Part shown: positions 1-10,856 of the stretch, piece by piece | Layout of the letters: each line of letters begins with the position of its first letter | Position numbering within the stretch: the first letter of the stretch is position 1 | Origin: a virus | Lineage: Duplodnaviria; Caudoviricetes | Virus record (IMG/VR): IMGVR_UViG_3300031994_000004 | Strand: one strand, 5' to 3' | DNA: 64,000 bases | Made by a program: the position numbers and the translations under genes | Notes under the pieces: model-generated | Told to the model about the DNA's origin: nothing | The model's input: only the letters and a program-made list of their open reading frames with translations | Databases searched by the model: none

Positions 1-192
1 ACCCACGATTTAATGACATTATGACTGTTCTCAAGTGGAAGGGTTATAAAATCAAGCATTATAGATGTACGAATTGGTGTACATTGTATTATCAGGACCC
101 TGAATACCAGGAACTTCAGTATGAACCATGTTCAGGCGGAATTAAAAGTACTGGTTTAACAATGGGTGGTTATTTTTCATTGGAGTGGTAAT

Positions 193-2403
193 ATGACACT
201 AGACGAAGCAATACAACACTGTGAAGAGAAAGCTCAATGTGGAACTGCTTGTGGAATGGAACACAAGCAACTTGCCGAATGGTTAAAGGAATTGAAAATC
301 CTTCGTGAAGAATACGAAATTAAGTGCCGTATTTTGGATAATGTTCCAACAGATATTGTTGCTGATATTGAAGAGGAACTTGGCTTACACGATGACTAGA
401 GAAGAATTTAAGAAATTAGAAGCCGCTGAAATAGAAAAAATTTCTAAAGCTTGTCCTAATTATCAAGATTCAGATTCACCTGATGCTTTAAGTGCGAATT
501 CAAGACTTGCTTATTTTTATTCTCGTATTGTAGATAAATTATTAAAAGAAAACGAAGAATTAAGACAGACAGTTGAACTTAAAAATAAATTGGATGGACT
601 ATTTAAATGAAAGTAGCACTAATTAGTTATGAACCAGACAATTATGACCCTGATGAACTTGATGATATGCAAGTTGGAGATTTTGACCCAGCCGATGTTC
701 ATATTTACGATTTGAACAAAGTAGATGAAAAGATGATTGACTATATTGTTTCAATGGCTTGTTCCTGTACCGAACATGGGTTAGGCGTATTAGTAAGGAA
801 AGTAGAATAATGAAGTATATACAAACTGAAAATAAGTATTGGAGAGTATGGGATAAAGACCCTGAATGGATGCTAGTAAATAAGGCTGGAAGAGTAGTAA
901 AAGTTGATGAGTGCTACACTAAAGAAATGCTTGAAAAAGAAATTGAATATAACATTAGAGTCTTTCGTTATCTAGCAAAACATAATGAATCAGCTAAATG
1001 GTTACAAGTTAATTCACCTGAAGAAATCCCAGATGATTTATTCCAAGTAGTTCCTTATGACGAACAGAAATGTATAGAGCAAGGTATTATAGAATTTAAG
1101 ACTGAAGAAGAATATAACAAAATCTTTTATCCAAGTGGGAAGGTGATTTAATGAAGTATTTAGTAGGTCATTATTATAATGGTAGCTTTGGTACTGGAAC
1201 TACTGAAGCATATAAGGTTTATGAGGCAAGAAATAAGCACGATGCTGAACGAATGTACCAATATGAATTTGGTTGTTTGGGTGGTGTAATTTGTTCTGTG
1301 TTTAGAAATAAATGTTTGTTCTTGAATAAAGAAATTAAAATAAATTCAAGAGAATTATGTAATATAATTCTAAGGAGTTTGAACAAACAATGAAAAAATT
1401 TTTAGTCAGTTTAACATTTAGATACATTGAAAGTAATCGTGAAACTTATTGTATTTTAGATGAAGAAAAATATAATGAATACAAGCAATTCTTTTGTGTA
1501 TATTGTAAGCCGTTAATTGAAAGTGGTGAATCTTTTGATGAAGAAGGTGAATATGAAGGTACGCCAGGAATTACGATTGAAGAAATTGCTAGAAGTCTTG
1601 AAAACGCAGTAGAAGTAACACCTGAAATAGAAAAAGCATTAAATTTGCTTCGTTTTATTTTACCTTCACAAACTGATGCTTTAGAAAATATAAAACAAGA
1701 AATTTTGGATGAGAAGTACTTGGAAGAATGAAATTTAAATTAGTAGAATACCCTTACGGCAGAGAGATTGGTTTTAACCAAGATACCGTTTGGTTCATAC
1801 AAGGAACAGACGATAATAAGACTTGGTATAATTATATTTGGAGTTATATGGATGGTTCACCTTCTATCATACTGGAAAAAGAAAGGGTATCAAGGACTTG
1901 TCCTCCAATGTCAGCTTTTTTGACAAATGAAGAAGCAAATGAAGTATTTGATAAAATAACTAATTATTACAGAGAACAAACAAAAGAAAATAAAATTCGT
2001 ACATTAAGAGAAATTGAGATTTAACTAAATGAGATACCACGAATTATTAGGATTGTTAGACGATACATTCGCCAAGTACAGAAAGGAAGAAGCAAGTCCT
2101 GATTCCAAATGGACTCCTTATTGCTATTATAAGAATTTGGAAGATACAAAAAACGATTATTCAGTATATGTTGGTTCTAAAGGACTTAGAGAAGAACTAA
2201 TTGCTATCCTTGAACGCTGTGAAAACGAAGAAAATTTTAAGTTCACAGATAAACAATGGGAAGCATTAGCATTAACACTTGAACCAGCTAACACACAACA
2301 TAACGATGATGGTGCTTGGACAGATATAATGTTCAGAGCAAAATATAATTTCATTGAAAGTGTATTTGCTTTTCTAAACACACAGCATGTTATTTTACAT
2401 TAA
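193..2403 (+). CDS. Run of eight small hypothetical phage proteins (approx. 193-399, 392-610, 607-810, 810-1151, 1151-1393, 1390-1731, 1728-2024, 2029-2403)
   Basis: Contiguous + strand ORFs, mostly with overlapping stop/start codons (ATGA, TAATG); no recognisable motifs. Confidence 0.7.
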
Positions 2404-2412
2404 AGGAGATAT

Positions 2413-2802
2413 ATGCGAGATAAATTTACACCTGAATTTATTGACGAACTAAAAGAAAACGAAGTATTCGTATTTGGTTCAAATAAGGAAGGAAAACATA
2501 TTGGTGGAGCTGCGGCTTTCGCTATGGATAATTTCGGTGCTGTATGGGGTAAAGGCGAAGGTCTATATGGTCAGAGCTATGCGTTACCAACAATGGATGA
2601 CGAAGACCCAAGTTGCATAAAACCTTATGCAGATCGTTTCATTCAATTTGCAAAGGACCATAGTGAATTGACATTCTATGTAACTCCAGTTGGTTGTGGA
2701 ATTGCTGGATTTACACCAAAAGAAGTAGCACCATATTTTAAGGACGCATTGGATATGGATAATGTTATTCTACCAGAATCATTTGTGGAGATTTTACAAT
2801 GA
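2413..2802 (+). CDS. Macro-domain-like phage protein (A1S_2505-type)
   Basis: Motifs EVFVFGSNxxGxHxGGAA, GxGEGLxGQSYALPT and FYVTxVGCGIAG; SD AAGGAG upstream. Confidence 0.75.
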   Translation: MRDKFTPEFIDELKENEVFVFGSNKEGKHIGGAAAFAMDNFGAVWGKGEGLYGQSYALPTMDDEDPSCIKPYADRFIQFAKDHSELTFYVTPVGCGIAGFTPKEVAPYFKDALDMDNVILPESFVEILQ

Positions 2803-4084
2803 GCAATTACAGAAAGACATTTTGGGTAGCTTGGAGTTATCCTATAAAGGGTTTAGAAAGAACTGCCCACGAAATTGCTGATAAGTATCAAGTTGATTGT
2901 CACATTGACTGTGATACAATTAAGACAGGTTGGTTCAGTAAGAAATATGAATACAACATTGTTTACAGTGGCGATAAAGATGCTGTAGAAAAGGCATACG
3001 ATACCATTTATGAGTGTGCTGAAGATTTTCAAGCAAGACTTAATTCATTATAAGGTAAATTATATGACTAACACTGAATACGAAAAACAGAAAGAAGAAC
3101 TAGAAAAAGAATTTGCTTTGAAAAAAGGTAAATTGGCTGAAGAATACCTTAAAGAACACGGTATATTAGACGAAAATGGAAGACCAAAAATGTATACTTC
3201 ATTTGTAGATTGGCCTTCTGCTGATTTATATAATTTAAGAGAAAAATTATTGACACTTGTAAATGCCATAGAAAAACAAATTGGAATTAAAAATCATAAA
3301 GATTGGTAAACTATCACTAGAGAAGAATTTTTAGATAAAGAATGTGAATAATGTAAAGGAAAAACAAATGAATGAAATTTATGTTTTAATTTATCAACCA
3401 CATACTACTATCTATCAGTTTTATCATACTGAAGAAGAAGCACAGAAAACATTAGAAGCATATAAAAAGAATCAGCCAAATTTATATGCGGTTGTAGAAA
3501 AATGGGATATGGTTAAGTTTGCTAATTGGATAGCCAATGAATTAAGTATTATAGGTCAATCTGGTTTTCATATAGGATAAAATATGAACGAAAAACAAAT
3601 ACTAAAACTTATTAAAGAAAAACTTGATTACTATTATCTAAAAGCTGACTATTCACATCCAACAGTCGGGCATGTGTTCATTACTGAAGGTTTACACATA
3701 ATTGTAAATGACGATAAAGAACAGTGTAAGTGGGTTGAATTTAACTCCTTTGATAAAGGACCAAAAATCCGTAAAGTATGTAAGGACGAAAAGTCATTAA
3801 CAAAAGAACTAGACAAGGCATTGTTAGAATTTTACAAAATCAAGCACGAAAGAATAAATGAAGAAAACAAATCTAAACCTGTTCGCAGTTCATTCATAAA
3901 TAAACAGTTATACCGATTGTATTTGTTCGCATTTGACAGTTGGGGCAAACGATTGAAGAAAGGCAAACGAGCCGGTATTTGGAAAACGATAATGGATGAC
4001 GTTTGGGCTGACATTTATGACAGAACTGACATAGATGAACGCTGGAAGATTTACAAAGAATTAACTCCAAAGAAAGGTAAATAA
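2799..4084 (+). CDS. Four hypothetical proteins (2799-3053, 3064-3309, 3368-3580, 3584-4084)
   Basis: Consecutive + strand ORFs with phage-like composition. Confidence 0.65.
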
Positions 4085-4142
4085 AATTTTACAAAACTTT
4101 ACTAAAAAACCCATTGACAAGCGCAGTGGGTTTTTCTATATT
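4076..4142 (+). promoter_or_regulatory. Early sigma70-type promoter with upstream palindromic box and embedded terminator hairpin
   Basis: GGTAAA-N6-TTTACA 4076-4093; TTGACA 4114-4119; 17-bp spacer; TATATT 4137-4142; hairpin arms 4105-4116 and 4124-4135. Confidence 0.85.
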
Positions 4143-4183
4143 ATAATCACAAACAAAAACCACCATTAACAAGGAGATACAAA

Positions 4184-4393
4184 ATGAAGAAGTTTAAGAT
4201 TACTGTAACTGCCGTTCGTGAATTCACGGTCCCGGATACTGCAACTGACGAACAGTATGACGAACTCAAGGCAGTCGCCATTATGGGTATGAATGAAGAA
4301 AAGATTACCCCGGACAAGGTCAAGGTTGAACTGATTGATGCTCCGGACGAAATCAAGCAGAAGTATATTATCAACAAGGACTGCCAGGACTAA
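4184..4393 (+). CDS. 69-aa protein heading the radical SAM operon (possible substrate or partner)
   Basis: Strong SD AAGGAG; first gene after the promoter; stop lies 1 nt before the first radical SAM start. Confidence 0.75.
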   Translation: MKKFKITVTAVREFTVPDTATDEQYDELKAVAIMGMNEEKITPDKVKVELIDAPDEIKQKYIINKDCQD

Positions 4394-4394
4394 A

Positions 4395-5069
4395 ATGAAG
4401 ACTGGAACACGCTTATACATTAACATTACAAATCGTTGTAATACAACTTGTCCGTTTTGTTGTATGTATTCTGGTGAATCCAAATCAACGGAAATGCCAT
4501 TTGAAACTTACAAGCAAATCATTGACGAGACCGATGGCGAATTTGAATTGCAGCTTGAAGGTGGCGAACCACTACTGAATAGAAACATTTATTTGTTCAT
4601 TGAGTATGCTATTAGCACACAGCGCTGTAAGAAGGTCATTGTTTTGTCTAACGGCATTGTTCTCAAGGACAACATTAAACGATTGGTAGAACTGCATAAG
4701 TGGTATAATGTTCCATTTGAGATTAAGGTTTCTGTAAATTATTGGTTGCTCAAGGTCAATAAGAACCATTTACAGAACATTGCTGACATTGTATTTGCGA
4801 CAAATTACATTCCTGGTTTTAGCATTTATTTGAACACTCGCAAGCGTAAAGACGATGCTTGGATTGACGAAGAAATTGCGAAGTACGGACTGTCCGAAAT
4901 CAACCATTCATTCTTCCTTCAAAGTTATGGAAAGATGACTGGAAACAAGAATTACGATGGTGTAACGATTGTACAGAACATTGAGAATTGGAAGGTTTAT
5001 TCTGTGGATGGCAAATGTTTCGGTACAGATTTAGTCGCAAGGTCGGAACACGAAAAGGGCATTAAGTAA
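4395..5069 (+). CDS. Radical SAM enzyme 1 (224 aa)
   Basis: CxxxCxxC (CNTTCPFC), GGEP and SNG motifs; ATG at 4395. Confidence 0.9.
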   Translation: MKTGTRLYINITNRCNTTCPFCCMYSGESKSTEMPFETYKQIIDETDGEFELQLEGGEPLLNRNIYLFIEYAISTQRCKKVIVLSNGIVLKDNIKRLVELHKWYNVPFEIKVSVNYWLLKVNKNHLQNIADIVFATNYIPGFSIYLNTRKRKDDAWIDEEIAKYGLSEINHSFFLQSYGKMTGNKNYDGVTIVQNIENWKVYSVDGKCFGTDLVARSEHEKGIK

Positions 5070-6007
5070 TGAACACAATTAAGTTCGCACCATACAATGA
5101 TTTTGTGACTGAGCAGCACGATGTAGAAAATGCGTCTGCTTACGAAGCAAATGTGTTTGGTTTCAATGGGAAGTTTTACAACCCGTGTAATTTAAATGTG
5201 TTCATTCAAAACAAGTGCCAAAACGATTGTGAGTTCTGTATAAACAAACGAAATGACAGGACTGACATTGACAATGAACTGTATTTCAAGAATTTAGAAG
5301 CAATTTTGGAAGGAATGAAAGCAGTTCATTTGGAAGCCACAATTACTGGTGGTGAACCAACATTAAATCCTACCCGAATGGTAGAAACGATTAGAATGCT
5401 GCGTAAGTTTGGTGTGAAAGAACGAACAGTTTCTACAACTGGTATAGGATTGATGAATTTGTATGAAAATAAGCCTGTTCTTCAGCATTTGATTGACAAT
5501 GATTATGTTCATAACATTTCCATCAGTAGAATGGATATAACTGATACAGAAAATGCGAATGTTTTGAAGGGTAAGAACATAACGAATGAAGAACTTGCTA
5601 GAATTGCGTTTTATGCCAAGGTCAATGGTGTTCAGTTGAGAACTTCCACGAACATTATTGAAAATCATATTGACAGTTTAGAAAAGATTTTGAATTTTGT
5701 TGATTTCCAGTACACGAACAACATAGATAGTTGCTTGTTTAGAGAAGTCATCGCAAAGGATTTCATTTCTATTGCTCCTTTCCAGGAACAAATTAGGAAT
5801 GACAAGAATTTTGTTTTTGATAAAGCAATTCACGGTATGTTTTATGACATTATCGTTTACATTTACAAGTCACCAGAAACAAATCAGGAATACATTGTAA
5901 AATGTTACCAAACTAATGTGATTGACAAAACTGTGATTGGAACTTTATCTTATAATCAAGGAAAACTTAGAACAGGATTTAACGGAGAGGTACTATATGG
6001 CAATTAA
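5069..6007 (+). CDS. Radical SAM enzyme 2 (312 aa)
   Basis: CQNDCEFC, ITGGEPTL; TAATG coupling to the previous gene. Confidence 0.9.
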   Translation: MNTIKFAPYNDFVTEQHDVENASAYEANVFGFNGKFYNPCNLNVFIQNKCQNDCEFCINKRNDRTDIDNELYFKNLEAILEGMKAVHLEATITGGEPTLNPTRMVETIRMLRKFGVKERTVSTTGIGLMNLYENKPVLQHLIDNDYVHNISISRMDITDTENANVLKGKNITNEELARIAFYAKVNGVQLRTSTNIIENHIDSLEKILNFVDFQYTNNIDSCLFREVIAKDFISIAPFQEQIRNDKNFVFDKAIHGMFYDIIVYIYKSPETNQEYIVKCYQTNVIDKTVIGTLSYNQGKLRTGFNGEVLYGN

Positions 6008-7055
6008 AGTCGGTGCTGACAGAGAAATCGGGTGGAATCCACAGTTGAGATTGGACCGCCAAAAGAACTATGACATTGGCAATTACGAAAGTACGCCTTT
6101 CACATTTGAGGCGGGTAATTACAATGTTTACAAGAACTTCAATTTCAGTATCTTTATGACTGACTATTGTAATGCGGACTGTAAGTTCTGTGTTGCTCAG
6201 TTGCGATATGCTAATAAGGGTCTGATGTATAAGAAGGACAAGCTTGACGATAAAGAATGGCTCAAGCGTTGCCGAGAAGTTCTTGAATTTATCCGTCCAT
6301 TGAATCCGAGCATTTCTATTACCGGTGGTGAACCAACACTCAGCAAGAACTTAATTCCAGTTCTTGAAATGGTGAAGGATTTGGATTTTAGAAAGCGAAC
6401 AATTACCACAAACGGTTCGCAACTGTTCAATAAGGTCGGAAACAAGATGATTATAGACCATCTGATTGACAATGGGTGGAATCATTTGAATGTTTCCCGT
6501 CCTGCAATTAACAATGAACAGTCCAAACAAATTATGCGTTTCAATAACGAGGAAGGTTTCTGTTCTAACGAAATGATGAAGGAAATCTTCCGAATTACGA
6601 ATGAATCTCCAATGAAGCACAGATTGTCTTGCTTGCTCTTGAAGGAATGTGTCAATTCTGTTCCGAAGATGAAGGAATACCTTGATACCTATTTGGATTT
6701 GGGTTGTAACAATTTCATTTTCCGAGAACTTATGGACTATGACAAGGACGCAATTAACTTTGAAAAGACTCAGTATTGCGTTGAGAACAAAGTAAGACTA
6801 AATGACATTTGGGCAGAGATTGACAAGTATCCTGAGTTTGAAAAGTACTTGAACATTCTCGGATATTACTACTATGTGGAAATCTACAAGTACAAGGGAG
6901 CCACAGTTGCTAGTGAATCTGCCAATATGGTTCAGCAGGGGATTGAAGTAGGCAAACATCAGGACCAGGTTTACGAAATGGTATTTCATCCAAACGGAAA
7001 CTTGTGTGCTTCGTGGGTTGATAGCGAAAGGATTTTGGATAGATATGTAAAGTAG
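5997..7055 (+). CDS. Radical SAM enzyme 3 (352 aa), paralog of enzyme 2
   Basis: CNADCKFC, ITGGEPTL, TTNG; SD GGAGAGG before ATG 5997; shares HLIDN, SR and FRE blocks with enzyme 2. Confidence 0.9.
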   Translation: MAIKVGADREIGWNPQLRLDRQKNYDIGNYESTPFTFEAGNYNVYKNFNFSIFMTDYCNADCKFCVAQLRYANKGLMYKKDKLDDKEWLKRCREVLEFIRPLNPSISITGGEPTLSKNLIPVLEMVKDLDFRKRTITTNGSQLFNKVGNKMIIDHLIDNGWNHLNVSRPAINNEQSKQIMRFNNEEGFCSNEMMKEIFRITNESPMKHRLSCLLLKECVNSVPKMKEYLDTYLDLGCNNFIFRELMDYDKDAINFEKTQYCVENKVRLNDIWAEIDKYPEFEKYLNILGYYYYVEIYKYKGATVASESANMVQQGIEVGKHQDQVYEMVFHPNGNLCASWVDSERILDRYVK

Positions 7056-7062
7056 TAACTTT

Positions 7063-7070
7063 CATAAATA
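7063..7070 (+). promoter_or_regulatory. T4-type late promoter (CATAAATA)
   Basis: Near-match to TATAAATA in the intergenic gap before 7100. Confidence 0.6.
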
Positions 7071-7099
7071 TAATAATCAACATTACAGGAGATTATTAT

Positions 7100-7411
7100 A
7101 TGAAATTGGAAGAAGCTACAAATTTTTTGAAATCCCAGGGCTTTTCACTCATTGATGAAGGTTCAGGTGTTTCTGTTCAGTCTGTTGTCCGTTATTTAAT
7201 GGATAATTACGATTTACAGGAAGACACTGTAACTGTACAGGGAAACGAAATTGCTGTATTGTCAGGAAATGGTAAAGATGGTTTTTTGAAGGTAGTAACT
7301 GGAGACGATAATCAGGTTTACATTGAATTTCTTGATGATAATGGAATTAACAGTATCAAACCAGGTGCTTTGATTACAGATTTATCAGACATTGATGGTG
7401 CTTTAGCCTAA
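7100..7411 (+). CDS. Late small protein with conserved N-terminal leader (putative internal head protein)
   Basis: N-terminus MKLEEATNFLKSQGFSLIDE. Confidence 0.6.
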   Translation: MKLEEATNFLKSQGFSLIDEGSGVSVQSVVRYLMDNYDLQEDTVTVQGNEIAVLSGNGKDGFLKVVTGDDNQVYIEFLDDNGINSIKPGALITDLSDIDGALA

Positions 7412-7431
7412 TTTAAAACAAATTAAATCAT

Positions 7432-7459
7432 AGGTCGCTCTTAATGGGCGACCTTTTTT
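7432..7459 (+). terminator. Intrinsic terminator
   Basis: AGGTCGCTC-ttaat-GGGCGACCT followed by a T-run. Confidence 0.85.
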
Positions 7460-7467
7460 GTTTTTTG

Positions 7468-7475
7468 TATAAATA
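7468..7475 (+). promoter_or_regulatory. T4-type late promoter TATAAATA
   Basis: Exact consensus, 4 nt before ATG 7480. Confidence 0.75.
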
Positions 7476-7479
7476 CTAT

Positions 7480-7770
7480 ATGAAAATACAAGAAGCACAA
7501 CAGATTTTACACGATAATGGATTTATACTTGAAAACAGACATTTTGATTTGTGGCAGTATAAGTTACAAGTCAAGAAGTTGTTAAAACCAATACAAATTA
7601 AATACGGATATAAGAACTTTGAAGCTATGCGTTCTTACATACAGTGGGAAAGTTATGTGGATATAGTACTTGATACTATGAAAGACAATTTTGAACAAGG
7701 TAACACTCCTGAACAATGTGTTAAACAAATTGAAGAAATTTTAATAGATTCAAGAAAGCACGGTGGTTAA
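7480..7770 (+). CDS. Late small protein with conserved N-terminal leader
   Basis: MKIQEAQQILHDNGFILE. Confidence 0.65.
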   Translation: MKIQEAQQILHDNGFILENRHFDLWQYKLQVKKLLKPIQIKYGYKNFEAMRSYIQWESYVDIVLDTMKDNFEQGNTPEQCVKQIEEILIDSRKHGG

Positions 7771-7771
7771 T

Positions 7772-8224
7772 ATGAGATTAGATGAAGCTAAAGAAGTTTT
7801 AAAAGAGAATGGCTATATTGTTGAAAATATATTACAACCAATACAACAAAATGTAAATTTGAAACAATTAAAGAAAAGTATTGATGAACTACAAATGTTG
7901 TATAATGCTTTTTATAATATATCTAACAATATTATAACTTTATTGAATAAAGAGTTTAATAATAGCAACGGTAGATGTGTTGTTGGTAACTATCGTAATA
8001 TGCCTAATACCTGGTATCTTAAAATAGTTCCAAAAGAAGGTGATTATTTAAAAATAGAAGAAGATGAATTTGGTAAATTTGGTGATGGTGGATTATACTT
8101 ATCTTATGAAATAAATGGTAATAAAAATGGTATTTCATTAAAATATGTTTATGGTGACTATGATGATGTAATTAATGATAAGGATAGTTATTTAAATACA
8201 ATTCGTGAAATACTTGAGCAGTAA
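7772..8224 (+). CDS. Late small protein with conserved N-terminal leader
   Basis: MRLDEAKEVLKENGYIVE. Confidence 0.65.
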   Translation: MRLDEAKEVLKENGYIVENILQPIQQNVNLKQLKKSIDELQMLYNAFYNISNNIITLLNKEFNNSNGRCVVGNYRNMPNTWYLKIVPKEGDYLKIEEDEFGKFGDGGLYLSYEINGNKNGISLKYVYGDYDDVINDKDSYLNTIREILEQ

Positions 8225-8259
8225 TAATAGAAAGAACATAAAATTATAGGTAAAACAAT

Positions 8260-8535
8260 ATGCAGTTAGACGAAGCAAAAGAAATCTTGAAGAATAACGG
8301 ATTTCTAGTAGAATATGATATACCGGTCCGTTCAAATGTTAATATAGGTGATAGATTATCACAAATTAAAAAAAGAGATAAAAAAGTCCCTACTAATAAG
8401 GTTTATATTGTTGTAATGGATGGTGGGGAAAATGATGAAGATTATGCCGTTTTTAGGGATATATTAGAAGCCCATAAATGGGGTGATGAAAATTGTAAAA
8501 ATGATTATACTGTAAAAACAAGTAAAATGCTTTAA
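8260..8535 (+). CDS. Late small protein with conserved N-terminal leader
   Basis: MQLDEAKEILKNNGFLVE. Confidence 0.65.
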   Translation: MQLDEAKEILKNNGFLVEYDIPVRSNVNIGDRLSQIKKRDKKVPTNKVYIVVMDGGENDEDYAVFRDILEAHKWGDENCKNDYTVKTSKML

Positions 8536-8547
8536 AAGTTGGTTAAT

Positions 8548-8862
8548 ATGCGAATAGATGAAGCTAAACAAATCCTAAAGAACAATGGCTACATTGTAGA
8601 ATCTACAAACAAAACTGAGATTGACTGTAGTAATTGGCACTGGGTAAAGTCAATGTCTAGTTATAACAACAATTACTATTACGATACTTTGAGTAATGAT
8701 GAATTTTATCTTGAAGAATGTGATGAAGATTATGGAGATTATCTTTATTACACCTGCGATAAATCAGGAAAGAAGCTAAAATACTTAGGATTTACAAACC
8801 GTGAAGGTAGTGTTGAGAACTGTAATGGTAAACTTGTATTAGATACAAGTATGCCTACATAA
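8548..8862 (+). CDS. Late small protein with conserved N-terminal leader
   Basis: MRIDEAKQILKNNGYIVE. Confidence 0.65.
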   Translation: MRIDEAKQILKNNGYIVESTNKTEIDCSNWHWVKSMSSYNNNYYYDTLSNDEFYLEECDEDYGDYLYYTCDKSGKKLKYLGFTNREGSVENCNGKLVLDTSMPT

Positions 8863-8865
8863 ATA
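8858..8865 (+). promoter_or_regulatory. T4-type late promoter (CATAAATA) for the glycosylation cluster
   Basis: Near-consensus, 30 nt before ATG 8896. Confidence 0.55.
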
Positions 8866-8895
8866 GTGTAATTTTAAGTTTGGTATTGTTGTGAT

Positions 8896-9549
8896 ATGAA
8901 TTTTGTTTCTTCACATCCAGCATTTAACGATACGATAGATTCTTTAAAGAATGAATTTAAAGACGATAAATCTAATAATGTAATCATTTGCGGGGCTCAC
9001 GATTTTTCAAGAACACAGTCTATTGACTTTTATAAGAAAAAGTATGATAAAGTAATCGTGTTTAATCAAGAACCTTTGACAGCAACTCAAAGACAATTTA
9101 TGCACAAAGGTTATTTTGCTTGGTTGAAACAAGCAGATGAAGTCTGGGACTATGATGAACAGAATATAGAAGTTTTAAAGTTGATTAGACCAGATGTTAA
9201 GTTGCATATATTGAAACCATATAAAGACTGGAGTAAATATGCTCCAGTTGCGAAGGATATAGATATATTGTTCTATGGTTCAATGAATGAGCATAGAGCG
9301 AAGATACTGAATGAGTTGAAGAAAAAGTATAAAGTTGTGATACTTACTAATTGTTGGAATACAAATGAATTAGATGATTATATTTTAAGAAGCAAAATAC
9401 TATTAAATATCCATTATTATTATGAGAGTTCAATGCAGGAACAGGCTAGAATGATTAGATGGATAGGTAGTCCTTGTAGAATTATTAGTGAGAAGAGTTA
9501 TAAAAATTATTTAAATGTTGAAGAAATAGAAAATTGGAGTTTAGTATAA
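8896..9549 (+). CDS. Putative GT-B-fold glycosyltransferase-like protein
   Basis: KDIDILFYGS..R and SKILLNIH..E..R blocks typical of CgeB/GT1-like C-terminal domains. Confidence 0.6.
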   Translation: MNFVSSHPAFNDTIDSLKNEFKDDKSNNVIICGAHDFSRTQSIDFYKKKYDKVIVFNQEPLTATQRQFMHKGYFAWLKQADEVWDYDEQNIEVLKLIRPDVKLHILKPYKDWSKYAPVAKDIDILFYGSMNEHRAKILNELKKKYKVVILTNCWNTNELDDYILRSKILLNIHYYYESSMQEQARMIRWIGSPCRIISEKSYKNYLNVEEIENWSLV

Positions 9550-10170
9550 ATGCTTAATGATTTAGGAATAAAATATCATACAGATAAAGCATATAATCAT
9601 AAATTTTGTGATTTATATGAGAAAAATTTTAATAAAGAAATATCAAATCTATGGGAGATAGGTATATTAGATGGTGCTTCTTTACGTATGTGGAGTGAGT
9701 ATTTACCAAATGCTAATATAACAGGTTTTGATATAGAAGATAAAAGTTCATTATCTTTTAATAAAAATGTTAATGTTAAATTATTAGACCAGAGTAATAA
9801 AGAACAGTTAGAAAAATTATCAAATGAAAATAAAGATATTGACATTATAATTGATGATGGTTCACATATAATTGAACATCAGATTATGACATTTGAATTG
9901 TTGTTTAATTCTTTAAAATCTGGTGGACAATATATTATAGAAGATTTACATACATCTACAAATTTATGTAATTGTAATACATATAAGTTTTTTAATAATA
10001 AAGGAACTTTGCAGTATCTTAATGATATTCTTATTAATAATATACCTAAAGATTATCCTGGTCAATTAAATACATTAAATATAATAGATAAAATTAAGAA
10101 TATACAAATAATAGGAAATTTTGATACAAATGAAAAAAGAAGTTTAACATCTATTATTACACACATTTGA
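9550..10170 (+). CDS. Class I SAM-dependent methyltransferase (sugar O-methyltransferase-like)
   Basis: TDK, EIGILDGASLRMW, GFDI, DIIIDDGSH, GGQYIIEDL. Confidence 0.85.
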   Translation: MLNDLGIKYHTDKAYNHKFCDLYEKNFNKEISNLWEIGILDGASLRMWSEYLPNANITGFDIEDKSSLSFNKNVNVKLLDQSNKEQLEKLSNENKDIDIIIDDGSHIIEHQIMTFELLFNSLKSGGQYIIEDLHTSTNLCNCNTYKFFNNKGTLQYLNDILINNIPKDYPGQLNTLNIIDKIKNIQIIGNFDTNEKRSLTSIITHI

Positions 10171-10172
10171 TT

Positions 10173-10844
10173 ATGACATATTCTATAATACAAGTTGCTA
10201 CAAATAATTATGATAAAATATATGATTGCGTAGATGAAAATTCTACACATAATTTGTTATTTACAGACACAAAAATTGACGCTAAAAATTGGGAAAAAAT
10301 AAAAATAGAAAGTAATAAAAAATTTCCATTTGACACAGTATTTAATATAAGATGGAACCCATTTGAATTTACTGATACTGATTATGTAGTATGGGTTGAT
10401 GGTAGTATTAGAATAAATGGTACTGTGAAAAAATATATTGAACAAATGATTGCTGGTAATTATGATTTTGCTGTTTTAACACATTTTGCTAGAAATAATG
10501 TTTTTTCCGAATACTGTGAATGGTGTAATATAAGAAATTATAATAAAGAAAAAGCATTTTTATGGTTAAAACATTTTGAAGATAATGGGTTGGATATTAA
10601 AAATTCTGGTCTTTATCAGCCAGGTATAATGATTTTTAAAAATAATGTAATAATGCGAGATTTTTGTAATGATATGATTAAAGAATTACATTATCTTGAT
10701 AAAGACCATTATGAAAGATTAGACCAAACAATAATGACAATGCTGTTAAAAACCAAATATAAAAATATAAATTTACTTACTTTATCACATAAAACATATA
10801 TGACTAAAGAGCTAAGTTTTCACGGCAATCATCCAATGAAATAG
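10173..10844 (+). CDS. Glycosyltransferase-like protein (DUF616/TOD1-MUCI70-like)
   Basis: NYD...FTD, WVDGSI, HxxRNxxxxE, DQ motifs. Confidence 0.65.
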   Translation: MTYSIIQVATNNYDKIYDCVDENSTHNLLFTDTKIDAKNWEKIKIESNKKFPFDTVFNIRWNPFEFTDTDYVVWVDGSIRINGTVKKYIEQMIAGNYDFAVLTHFARNNVFSEYCEWCNIRNYNKEKAFLWLKHFEDNGLDIKNSGLYQPGIMIFKNNVIMRDFCNDMIKELHYLDKDHYERLDQTIMTMLLKTKYKNINLLTLSHKTYMTKELSFHGNHPMK

Positions 10845-10856
10845 GTAAAAATTAAA

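Noticed and set aside
193-399. ORF starting MTLDEAIQHCEE resembles the late N-terminal leader
   Set aside because: Lacks the L..NG[FY]..E half and has no late promoter.
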